Origin: a virus
Lineage: Duplodnaviria; Caudoviricetes
Virus record (IMG/VR): IMGVR_UViG_3300048861_000128
Location: 1 to 43,657 of that record
Length of the DNA: 43,657 bases
Strand: one strand, 5' to 3'
Below, one piece after another: positions 19,205 through 27,265 of the stretch. Made by a program: the position numbers and the translations under genes. How positions within the stretch are numbered: the stretch's first letter is position 1; each line of letters opens with the position of its first letter. Under the pieces are notes generated by a model, which saw nothing but the letters and a program-made list of their open reading frames with translations, was not told the DNA's origin and searched no databases.

Positions 19205-19220
19205 GTTAAAGGCACCTTAA
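19205..19220 (-). promoter_or_regulatory. CtrA-type box TTAA-N7-TTAAC
   Basis: Minus strand TTAAGGTGCCTTTAAC, a perfect match, intergenic in GC-rich DNA. Confidence 0.45.
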
Positions 19221-19309
19221 AGGGGTCTACGCGGCCGGACGCCCCCTCATCGGTACGCCGGGGCCGCCCGAAGGCGCCGCCGCCCGTCCTGCGCGATCTC
19301 TGCGCGCCG

Positions 19310-19338
19310 TTGTCTGGGCCGCCCTATCGGCCTATGAT
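19310..19338 (+). promoter_or_regulatory. Sigma70-type promoter antisense to muF
   Basis: TTGTCT (19310-15), 17-bp spacer, TATGAT (19333-38). Confidence 0.6.
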
Positions 19339-19343
19339 CAACC

Positions 19344-19436
19344 AGCAGGTGCCGAGGGGGTCCGCGATCCCGATCCTCGACCACCGGGCGACCAGGCCGG
19401 CGCGGCGGCCTGAGTCTCATCCCGATTGCTCCGGTT
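19344..19436 (+). ncRNA. Candidate structured antisense RNA
   Basis: Follows the promoter; two hairpins (19348-19385, 19386-19423) closed by AGCA/TGCT; folded by hand only. Confidence 0.35.
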
Positions 19437-20664
19437 CCTGGGTCAGCTTCCGCCACCAGGCCAGCAGCCCCTGGCGCAGCAATTTCGCCCCGGCCTTGTT
19501 GCCACGGAAGAACGTCAGGCCCGACCACTGGTTGCCGTCGGCGTCCGCGACGATGCCGATGGTCCGATCCTTGTCGAGCTGGATCAGCTTGACGTAGCGC
19601 CGGCGCAGCAGCACCCGGCCGGTCGCCTCGTTGCGGGCGAAACCCACCCAGATCTCGGCCGGATCCTGGATCACCTCCGGGATCAGTGGGAAGAAACCCT
19701 CGCGGCCATCCTGCCGGGCCGGGCTCTCCAGAATGTGGTCGACGATGGCCTGGCCGACCTGGACGCGATCGCCGGTGGGATCGGTGAAGATCTTCTCGTC
19801 GCCGCCGATCGCCTCGCGCAGCAGCTCGCGCATCCGTGCGGCATCGCCCGGCGGCGCCTGCGGCCCGGGCGCCGCCTTCGGCACGTCGACCGGCAGCGGG
19901 CGCGGCGGCACCGGCGGCGCGCCTGGCGCGTCCAGCGCGGTCCATTTCCCGTGCTTCTCCAGCGCCAGGTTCTCGGGCCCGCGGCCGACGCCTGCCATGC
20001 CGACGTTGTAGCCGAAGCCCGGGTCGATCCCCTCGGGCACCTGGATCGTCACCGGCCCGTCCGGGGTGTTGATGGTCCGGTCGACCAGCGGCGAAGGCGG
20101 CGCAGCCGGCGACAGCTTGAAGCCGAACCGGGCCAGGTCGCGCTCGGACACAGACTGCACGCTGCAGCGGCAGTTCCACCCGTTGGGCGGGAAATGCGTC
20201 TTCCACCAATCATCGTCGATCGGCAGCACCGTGCCGTGCCAATGCCGGTGCAGCGGCCGGGTGCGGCCGTCCAGCACGGCGACGTAGCGCAGATACGGTC
20301 TGACCTTCTTGACCCGCTGCAGCTGCTCCCATCGCCCAGCGGAATAGGCGGTGCGGAGGTTGGTCTGGAAGATCACCTTGCTGCGCCAGCCTGGGCTGCC
20401 CTTGTAGGACCAGCCATGGGCCGCGACGATGCGGTCGAAGTCCTTCCGGAAGTCTTCCAGCGTCCCGCCCTCGGCGATCGCCTTGGTGACGGCTTCGTGG
20501 AAATCGGCCAACAGGGCATCACTCTGGGCGCCGGCGACGACGAAGGCCCGGGCGTGCTGGCCTTCCCACAAGTCGGTCCAGGCCCGCGTGGGCAACCTGA
20601 TCTTCTGCCGCAGGAAAGCGATCGCCTCGACCGGGTCGACGTTGAACGGCTTCGGATCCGCCAC
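19417..20664 (-). CDS. MuF minor head protein with C-terminal PBECR2-like nuclease domain
   Basis: MuF core (IFQTNLRTAYSAGRW, DGRTRPLH, PPNGWNCRC, GIDPGFGYN); C-terminus GREGFFPLIPEVIQDPAEIW...RRRYVK...WSGLTFF...RQG. Confidence 0.85.
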   Translation of the reverse strand: MADPKPFNVDPVEAIAFLRQKIRLPTRAWTDLWEGQHARAFVVAGAQSDALLADFHEAVTKAIAEGGTLEDFRKDFDRIVAAHGWSYKGSPGWRSKVIFQTNLRTAYSAGRWEQLQRVKKVRPYLRYVAVLDGRTRPLHRHWHGTVLPIDDDWWKTHFPPNGWNCRCSVQSVSERDLARFGFKLSPAAPPSPLVDRTINTPDGPVTIQVPEGIDPGFGYNVGMAGVGRGPENLALEKHGKWTALDAPGAPPVPPRPLPVDVPKAAPGPQAPPGDAARMRELLREAIGGDEKIFTDPTGDRVQVGQAIVDHILESPARQDGREGFFPLIPEVIQDPAEIWVGFARNEATGRVLLRRRYVKLIQLDKDRTIGIVADADGNQWSGLTFFRGNKAGAKLLRQGLLAWWRKLTQEPEQSG

Positions 20665-20667
20665 CGG

Positions 20668-22272
20668 TCAGCCCCCGTCGATCGTGTCGGACCGGCCCGA
20701 CAGCTCCGCGAACACCATGGCCTTGCGCATCGCCTCGGCCAGCGCCGCCGGATCCAACTGCGGCCGCAGGGCTAGCAGGCCGTCGCGCACCTCCTCCAGC
20801 GTGTCGGCGCCCTCAACCATGCTGCGGATGGCATCGATCAGCTTGTCGGCTGCGGGCTGGGCCAGCAAGTCGGCATCGTCGGCCAGGTCGTCGAGCGCGT
20901 CACGTGGCGGCGTCTCCGGAACGCCAAGGTGCAGTTCATCGCCGGGCCGCGGCAACGCCTGGCCCGGTCCTTTCTGGCCGGGCATCTTTTGGCCAGGCAG
21001 CGCCTGCCCTGGAAACGCCGGGGCCGGCGCCGGCGCTGTCAGCAACTCGGCGTCCTTCTCGGGCTCGGTCAGGCCGATCAGGTCGCGCAGCTCGGACGCC
21101 TGCACCTTCAGGCCCAGCGGCACCAGGGCCGCGACGCTGTCGACGATCAGCTTGAGATCGACGGCGTCACTCCGCCCGATCCGCAGGCGGGGATACATAT
21201 CCTGGGGGCCGTATTCCAGGTCGATCCACGGCTTGACCAGGTCGCAGTTCAGGGCGCCGGCCAGCGTCTTGGCATCGGCCTTCTCGATATCCTCCTGGAC
21301 CTGCCGGTGCTCCTGCCCGACCGCATGGCCGCCGGCGATCGCGTCCGTGGTCGCGGTCTGGCCCAGCACACCCTTCGACACCTGCTGGTCCAGCCAGTCG
21401 ACGCGATCGCGGTAGAGCTGGCCAGTCTGCGCCGCGCCCTCGCTCTTGATGAACTCGATCACCATCGATTCGGGGATGATCGCAGCGCAGTCACCGGCGA
21501 TGTTCGCCACCGCCCGGAAAAGCAGATCCTTGTCGGCCTCGGTCGCATCCGGGCCGAACTTGCCGACACGGATCGGCTGGCCATAGGTTTGCACGAAGAT
21601 CGCCCAGTCGCGCTGGGCATAGCTCTTGAACATCCACGCCCAGGCCGCCAGGCGGGCGATGCCAGACCGGATCGGCAGGCCCGACTTGGCGCGGAACACG
21701 GCGGTGATGAACTTGAAGGGCTGCAGCGGCTGCGGCCCGTCCTCGGTCTTCAGCAGGGGGGTGCGGCCGTCTGCGCGGTCGAATTCGAACCAGCGCGGGT
21801 CCCGCCACTCCAGCCGGGCCGGCTGCCACTGCCCCGAGCTGGTGTCCCAGATGATTTCGGTGATCGAGAAGCCCTTGCCGACGGCATCCATGATGTCGAA
21901 CAGCTCGCCCTGCAGCTCGTCGCGGTTGAGCCATTCCCGCACCATGTCCGCATGGGCCACGTGCTCGGCCGCGTCCGACGCGGCGTCCACCGTGATGTCG
22001 AGCTGGGCGACGCTGCGCTTGCGTGTGCCGAGCACGCCGGCATAGTGCAGGTCGCGTTCCTCGATCTGCTCGGCCAGCTCCAGGTATCGGACCGGGTCGC
22101 CGGTGTCGACCTCCCGCAGGATCGCCGCCAGGCGCTCCGGAGTCATCCCGTCGCCGGGATAGCCCGTCAGCACCGACCGCACACCGCCCAGCGTCGGGCC
22201 CGCCTGTTCGCTGGTCAGGGCCGCCCGGTTCATCGGCTGGCCGTCAGGGCCCAGGATGCTGGATTTCGCCAT
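20668..22272 (-). CDS. Portal protein, DUF935/Mu gp29 family
   Basis: IEERDLH, DAVGKGFS, YGQPIRVGK, SKGVLGQTATT. Confidence 0.93.
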   Translation of the reverse strand: MAKSSILGPDGQPMNRAALTSEQAGPTLGGVRSVLTGYPGDGMTPERLAAILREVDTGDPVRYLELAEQIEERDLHYAGVLGTRKRSVAQLDITVDAASDAAEHVAHADMVREWLNRDELQGELFDIMDAVGKGFSITEIIWDTSSGQWQPARLEWRDPRWFEFDRADGRTPLLKTEDGPQPLQPFKFITAVFRAKSGLPIRSGIARLAAWAWMFKSYAQRDWAIFVQTYGQPIRVGKFGPDATEADKDLLFRAVANIAGDCAAIIPESMVIEFIKSEGAAQTGQLYRDRVDWLDQQVSKGVLGQTATTDAIAGGHAVGQEHRQVQEDIEKADAKTLAGALNCDLVKPWIDLEYGPQDMYPRLRIGRSDAVDLKLIVDSVAALVPLGLKVQASELRDLIGLTEPEKDAELLTAPAPAPAFPGQALPGQKMPGQKGPGQALPRPGDELHLGVPETPPRDALDDLADDADLLAQPAADKLIDAIRSMVEGADTLEEVRDGLLALRPQLDPAALAEAMRKAMVFAELSGRSDTIDGG

Positions 22273-23726
22273 CAGATGCTCCCGCGCAGTCGCACGCCCA
22301 GCGGCCGCCGCCAGATTGGCGCGTCGTCTTCGTCGTCCGCCCGAAGCGGCGATCGCATCGCCGTGACCGGCCGGTAGTCGTATTCGGTCGGCGCGACGTC
22401 GGCGACGGCGATCGCCAGGAACAGGGCCCAGGCTCGATCGGCGTGGCCCTTGGCGTCACGCCCCGACAGCAGCCGCGGCGCCCCGGTGGCGCCGGCGACG
22501 CGCTTGATCTTGCGGATGTCGGCGCGCAGCTCGGCATCGTCGGGGAGACGGATCAGATGCTCTTCGAATGCCCGCTTCGCCGCGGTGGCGACCATCAGGG
22601 GCCGGTCGCCCGAGAACAGCACGCCTTCCACCCGCAGGTTGCCGTGGCGGCGCTTCGCGTCTTCCACCGGCTTCTCGCCCATGCCGGTCTGGTCCATGGC
22701 GATCCGGATGGTCCGGTAGCGCGCGACCTGGGCATCCAGCACCTCGTCCTGCAGGGCGAAGGGCGCGTTCCGCAGGATCTGTTCCTCGCGCTGCCACAGC
22801 ACGTCGCCGACGCGCTCCAGCGCCGTCGACACCCAAAGGTCGCCGCGCCGGGCGATGTCGTTCCCGATATAGGTGCCGCCGCCGGCGTAGAGGTTCGGGT
22901 CGCCAGCGTCGGCATGCGTCGCCGCCGCGATCAGCTCGGGCGGGATCCAGGATCCGGCGCCGGTCGCGGGGATACAGTTCAGTTCCTCGTCGGCCGCCTC
23001 GCCGTAGAAGTCGACGATGCCCTGGCGCCAGGTCGCTTCGGCCTCGGGCGACCAAGCCTTGCCGGTGACCAGGCAGATGCGCTCGTACAGGCCATCCGCC
23101 AGCGCCTGGTCGAACGTGACGCTGATCAGCGCATAGGGCTTGCTGCCGTTCCGCGCCGCCTCCACCAGCTCGTTGTAGGGGTTGTCGATCCCATTGTGAG
23201 TCGAGATCACCAGTACCTTCCCGCCCCACATCAGCAGCGCCAGCGCGGCCTTCATCACTTCGGGCAAAGCGTCGTGGAATGCGGCCTCGTCGATGATGAC
23301 GTAGCCCTGGCGGCCGCGCAGGCCGCGTGGCTTCGACGACAGCGCCAGGATATCGAAACCGGAGGCGAAGGTGATGCGGAAGGCCAGGATCGCAGTCTCG
23401 CCGTCCTGGTCGAACACGACTTCATCGACGACGCTGGCAGCTTTGTCGAACAGCTTGGCCCAGGCTGCACAGGTGTCGATGAACTCGCGGGTCATCTCCC
23501 GCTCATAGGCGAGATAGAACACGTCCATGCCGCCGGCGCCCTTGGCCGAGGCGGCAGTCAGGACTGCGTCGGCGGCGATGGCCCACGTGAAGCCGATGCG
23601 TCGGCTCTTCTCGCAGATGACCACTTGGCGATCGGCGGTCGTGGACAGCAGCTGCTGCTGGTACGGCAGCAGCAGCGCCTCGTCCGCCAACCGATCGCGG
23701 AGATCGAGCCCCGGCATCTCAAGCAT
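22272..23726 (-). CDS. Terminase large subunit (Mu gp28-like)
   Basis: LLPYQ, EKSRRIGFTW, IIDEAAFH, ISTHNG, GNDIAR, MDQTGMG, HADRAWA; RBS before ATG at 23726. Confidence 0.93.
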   Translation of the reverse strand: MLEMPGLDLRDRLADEALLLPYQQQLLSTTADRQVVICEKSRRIGFTWAIAADAVLTAASAKGAGGMDVFYLAYEREMTREFIDTCAAWAKLFDKAASVVDEVVFDQDGETAILAFRITFASGFDILALSSKPRGLRGRQGYVIIDEAAFHDALPEVMKAALALLMWGGKVLVISTHNGIDNPYNELVEAARNGSKPYALISVTFDQALADGLYERICLVTGKAWSPEAEATWRQGIVDFYGEAADEELNCIPATGAGSWIPPELIAAATHADAGDPNLYAGGGTYIGNDIARRGDLWVSTALERVGDVLWQREEQILRNAPFALQDEVLDAQVARYRTIRIAMDQTGMGEKPVEDAKRRHGNLRVEGVLFSGDRPLMVATAAKRAFEEHLIRLPDDAELRADIRKIKRVAGATGAPRLLSGRDAKGHADRAWALFLAIAVADVAPTEYDYRPVTAMRSPLRADDEDDAPIWRRPLGVRLRGSI

Positions 23727-23800
23727 GTTGATCCCCCTGGCCGCGGGCATGGAGAGTCATGGCACGCGACTCACCACGGGACGCGACGAAGGAGGGGGCC

Positions 23801-24202
23801 ATGGCCGACAGCAAACAGGGCGCGACAACGTTCACCGGCACCACTGCGGAGGCTGCGTCATATGACGAGGATACGAAGCGGGTCGGGCTCCGCTTCCAGC
23901 GAAAGAACGAAGGGCCCGTGTTCATTGACTTCCCTTCGAACCAGCTCGGCTGGCTGATCGTCGAGTTGGTGAACGCCCGGGCCCTGGTTCAGGGAGACGG
24001 TCAGCCTGACCAGTATCCCCTGCATGGGGGAACGACTCAGATCGGCTTGACGATGGATGGGCACATTTACCTGAGGTTTGAGACGAAAGAGGGGTCTCCC
24101 TTTTCGTTCGCCCTGGAGCGAGATCAGGCCCGGAAAGTGGTGGATGGTGTACAACAAGTGTTGGCCCGGACAGCATCAGCCGGTCCGGGCTCTGTTCAAT
24201 AA
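23801..24202 (+). CDS. Opposite-strand accessory (moron) hypothetical protein
   Basis: GGAGGG RBS; lower GC; inserted between the terminase subunit genes. Confidence 0.7.
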   Translation: MADSKQGATTFTGTTAEAASYDEDTKRVGLRFQRKNEGPVFIDFPSNQLGWLIVELVNARALVQGDGQPDQYPLHGGTTQIGLTMDGHIYLRFETKEGSPFSFALERDQARKVVDGVQQVLARTASAGPGSVQ

Positions 24203-24241
24203 TCGAAGACCGATCGACCAGCGTCAGCGCGATAGTTCCCA

Positions 24242-24784
24242 TCAGCTCATCCCCAGGAACACGGCCTTCAGATCGCCGACCGTGTCGCGCGACAGGCCAC
24301 GTTGCGCCGCCACCTTGTCGACCGCCTTCTCGGCTTTGGCCGCCATCTCGGCAGCGACTTCCTTGCGGATCCGCAGGGCGTGATCCGTATTGGTCTTGGT
24401 GGCCGTCACAAGGTTGCGGATGGCAGAGGACAGCAGCATGGCACCCTCTGGATCCAACGTGACCACCTCGCCGTCCTCACCTCCGGACAGCAGCGACTGC
24501 AGCGACGCGTGCATCAGTTCGATGTTCAGGCGGGCCTGGCGATCGTCACTCGCGGCGCCGAGCTGGCCCATGATCGCCTCGGCCGCAGCGCGGCTTTCCT
24601 GCAGGCGGGCGCGGATCTTATCCCAACGCTGGACATGCCGGTGCAGACCGGACCGGCTGACCTCGACGTCCAGCTCGTTGAGCTTCGCCAGGATCTCGTC
24701 GATCGTGCGGCCGCCTTCGCGCAGGCGGCCGATCAGGTCGCGGACCTCGAATGGCAGGCGGTCGATCTTCGATGGACGTGCCAT
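24242..24784 (-). CDS. DUF3486/Mu gp27 family (putative small terminase)
   Basis: MARPSKIDRLP, VSRSGLHRH, GLSRDTV. Confidence 0.88.
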   Translation of the reverse strand: MARPSKIDRLPFEVRDLIGRLREGGRTIDEILAKLNELDVEVSRSGLHRHVQRWDKIRARLQESRAAAEAIMGQLGAASDDRQARLNIELMHASLQSLLSGGEDGEVVTLDPEGAMLLSSAIRNLVTATKTNTDHALRIRKEVAAEMAAKAEKAVDKVAAQRGLSRDTVGDLKAVFLGMS

Positions 24785-24785
24785 C

Positions 24786-25094
24786 CTAGGCCCTCGCGCT
24801 CGGCCGCTTCACCCCGGGGTGTGTGACGATGCCGGCGGCAGTGTCCTGGCCGCGCCCGGTCAGCGTTGCCACGGTCAGGCTGATGCCGAAGGCCTCGGCC
24901 CGCACCAGGCCCTGCTCGGACAGCCAGGCGATCTCGGACCGCACCTGGTCGCGGCTGGCGCCGAAGCCCAGCTCGCTGCGCAGCACGTCGAGCAGGATGC
25001 TGTCGTTCGCGGAGTAACCCGGCGCCTGCTCCAGCACGCGCAGGATGGAAATGCGCAGATGCTCGCGCCAGCGATCCGCCATCGTCATGGTCAC
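24786..25094 (-). CDS. Mu gp26-like small winged-helix protein
   Basis: RISILRVL...YSANDSIL...WLSEQGLV...LTGRGQD...PGVKRP. Confidence 0.82.
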   Translation of the reverse strand: MTMTMADRWREHLRISILRVLEQAPGYSANDSILLDVLRSELGFGASRDQVRSEIAWLSEQGLVRAEAFGISLTVATLTGRGQDTAAGIVTHPGVKRPSARA

Positions 25095-25507
25095 CGCTTG
25101 CCCTCCGCAAAGATCTGTTCATGGCGGACGACGCTGCCCTCGATCCGCTCGACGAGCTTCTCCTGGCCCTTCATGGCCTGGTCCAGCGTTGACAGCTTGC
25201 CGTTCAGCTCCGCGAGCTGCACGGTCAGCCGGCCGACGTCGTCGCGTGAGGGCATGTGAAGCAAGCTGGTTTCAACCAGCGTGATCCGGTGCTCCGCGGT
25301 CCCGATCTGGGATCGAAGGGTGGTGCCGGACTCATGGATTTCCCCCCTCAGGGACTCCAGCGCATCGTTGCGCTCTTTCGCCGACTGCTCGAAACGTTCG
25401 GTCGTGACGAAGCGGGTCCGCATCGACCAGGCGATCCATCCGACCAGCATCGGCGTCAGGATGGCCAAGGCCATGATCAGCCAGGGCCGCAGCCATTCGA
25501 ATTCCAT
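25091..25507 (-). CDS. DUF2730/Mu gp25-like membrane-anchored coiled-coil protein
   Basis: N-terminal TM helix; RITLVE...HMPSRDDV. Confidence 0.75.
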   Translation of the reverse strand: MEFEWLRPWLIMALAILTPMLVGWIAWSMRTRFVTTERFEQSAKERNDALESLRGEIHESGTTLRSQIGTAEHRITLVETSLLHMPSRDDVGRLTVQLAELNGKLSTLDQAMKGQEKLVERIEGSVVRHEQIFAEGKR

Positions 25508-25731
25508 TACCGTCCCCGTTCCTTTCGCTCGGCCTGCGCGGCGCAGCTGATGCAGCGCCGCACGCCGGCGAGCGCGCGCCGACGGGCCGGCGGGATCGTC
25601 TCGCCACAATCGGCGCAGATGGCGGATGACGTCCGCAGCGCGCGCTGGCGGGCATGCTGGCGTTGTTCGGCGAGCGCCTCGGTCCGGAGGCGCTCGCTCA
25701 GGTCGTTGGCCTGGTCGATGTCGTCAGCCAC
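25507..25731 (-). CDS. TraR/DksA C4 zinc-finger protein
   Basis: DDIDQA; CADCGETIPPARRRAL...RCISC. Confidence 0.9.
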   Translation of the reverse strand: MADDIDQANDLSERLRTEALAEQRQHARQRALRTSSAICADCGETIPPARRRALAGVRRCISCAAQAERKERGR

Positions 25732-25927
25732 CGCACACCTGCAGCTGTTCGTCGAGGCGCTTCAGGCGCTGGTACCAGGCCTTGGTGGCCGGCTTCTCGG
25801 GCGGGGCCGTGAACTCGTCCGCGACCCCCGGGCCGGCCGCGGGGAATGGCGGGCAGACGCCGCTACTGTCGGCGCAGCCACTCGACAAGCTCAGGATCAG
25901 TAGCGTCAGGGCGGGCAGCAATTTCAT
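25724..25927 (-). CDS. Outer-membrane spanin-like lipoprotein (Rz1-like)
   Basis: Signal MKLLPALTLLILSLSSG|C with lipobox; Pro-rich; overlaps the preceding gene in another frame. Confidence 0.55.
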   Translation of the reverse strand: MKLLPALTLLILSLSSGCADSSGVCPPFPAAGPGVADEFTAPPEKPATKAWYQRLKRLDEQLQVCGG

Positions 25928-26063
25928 TTTGGGTCTTCAGGGTGTCCGCATCGGATTTGGCCTGGCTGCTCTCGGCGCGAGCCTGGCCGAGCAGGTAGCC
26001 GAGAAGGGCCGGCAGCCCGGTTCTGAACCACGCTGCCAGCCCCTTCAGGATGTCGCCGATCAC
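25863..26063 (-). CDS. Inner-membrane spanin-like protein (Rz-like)
   Basis: N-terminal hydrophobic helix; sits in the lysis cassette. Confidence 0.5.
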   Translation of the reverse strand: MIGDILKGLAAWFRTGLPALLGYLLGQARAESSQAKSDADTLKTQNEIAARPDATDPELVEWLRRQ

Positions 26064-26572
26064 GCCGGCGCCGGCGCCGGTACCGATGCCGTGCCGGATG
26101 GCACCGCCTGGCCCCGCGCCCCCAGCTTCGCCACGATCAGGTTGCTCAGCTCGCCCGGGCTCGGAACCAGGACGCCGAGGGCCGACGCCGCGTTGGTCTG
26201 TGCATAGTCGATGATGGACGCCAGGGCCTGGTCGCGGACATCCAACGTCCAGGGTGCCATGCCGAATTGCGCCAGCGCCTTATCGATGCCGTTCTCGACG
26301 GCGCTGTGCAACGCGGCCCGCGCCTGGTCCGCCAGCTGGCCTACCTTGACGTTGCCGTCCAGGTGGACCCAGCGCAGGACCCAACCGATCGCCGCGGCGA
26401 TCAGGGCGTCGATGCCGACGACGAGATATTCCCGGATCGCGGCCACGGTCGGCGACAGATCGACAGTGGTGCCGTCGGCCGCATGGGCGACGGGGATGGA
26501 GACGGCGAAGACGATCGGAATCGCGCACACCGCCGCCAGCAGGATGTAGCCGAGCATCCGCAACAGCTTCAT
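26060..26572 (-). CDS. Holin-like membrane protein
   Basis: Two hydrophobic segments, directly downstream of the endolysin; ALHSAVENG motif. Confidence 0.55.
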   Translation of the reverse strand: MKLLRMLGYILLAAVCAIPIVFAVSIPVAHAADGTTVDLSPTVAAIREYLVVGIDALIAAAIGWVLRWVHLDGNVKVGQLADQARAALHSAVENGIDKALAQFGMAPWTLDVRDQALASIIDYAQTNAASALGVLVPSPGELSNLIVAKLGARGQAVPSGTASVPAPAPA

Positions 26573-26574
26573 GG

Positions 26575-27174
26575 TCAGATCTCCGGTTGGTGATAGGCGC
26601 GGGCCAGCCAGCCGGCCCGCCATTTCTCGCGAGCAGGCTTGAGGGCGATCAGCTCGCGGTAGAAGCCTGCGGCCTCGCTGCCGAGGGTGCAGGACAGGTT
26701 GGCGGCGCCATCGGCCGTGGCGATCGCCGTGGCGGCAGTCAGGGTCCGGGGGCCGATGATGCCATCATCGACCACGCCCTGGCCGTGGGCGCGCAAGGCG
26801 CGTTGAAGCAGCGTGAAAGCGGGCTTTGTGCCCATGTTGACGGCCAGGTCGAACAGCTTGGCGCCGACCGGCGGCGCGAGGCGCTCATAGGGGCCGGGCT
26901 GCCACCAGCGCCGGAAATACAGCTCGGTCGCCTGGGCCCGGGTCATGCCGCGGACATCGAACCAGTCGATGTCGCCGTCGCCATCGATGTCGCCCTCGTC
27001 GAGCCCGAGGCTCTTGAGCCAGCGCAGGGAAATGCCCCAGTTCGTGGCGCCGCCGGCATCGGCCGGATCGTCGACGAAGCCGCCTTCATGCTGCAGGACG
27101 AAGGGGATCGCCGCGCCGAAGGCTGCGGTGAAGGAACCGGGATCGAGGAGGCGCAGCGCGCTATCGGCCATCAT
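26575..27174 (-). CDS. Endolysin, glycoside hydrolase family 108 with peptidoglycan-binding domain
   Basis: HEGGFVDDPADAGGATNWGIS, FDLAVNMG, DDGIIGPRT, GWLAR. Confidence 0.93.
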   Translation of the reverse strand: MMADSALRLLDPGSFTAAFGAAIPFVLQHEGGFVDDPADAGGATNWGISLRWLKSLGLDEGDIDGDGDIDWFDVRGMTRAQATELYFRRWWQPGPYERLAPPVGAKLFDLAVNMGTKPAFTLLQRALRAHGQGVVDDGIIGPRTLTAATAIATADGAANLSCTLGSEAAGFYRELIALKPAREKWRAGWLARAYHQPEI

Positions 27175-27206
27175 GGGGCAGATAGTCGCGGGATCACGTG
27201 CGGGTG

Positions 27207-27222
27207 ATCAGTCCCTAGGACC
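27207..27222 (-). promoter_or_regulatory. Late-promoter activator site upstream of the endolysin gene
   Basis: Exact 16-bp copy of 19137-19152. Confidence 0.7.
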
Positions 27223-27265
27223 GTGGTAGCTTCGCGGTCGGACCCCAGAAACTACGAGGCCGACG

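Noticed and set aside
19013-19597. Plus-strand ORF as a MuF immunity gene
   Set aside because: It overlaps both flanking genes antisense, has low-complexity composition and no RBS; a short peptide from the ATG at 19334 is unlikely because that ATG lies inside the -10 box.
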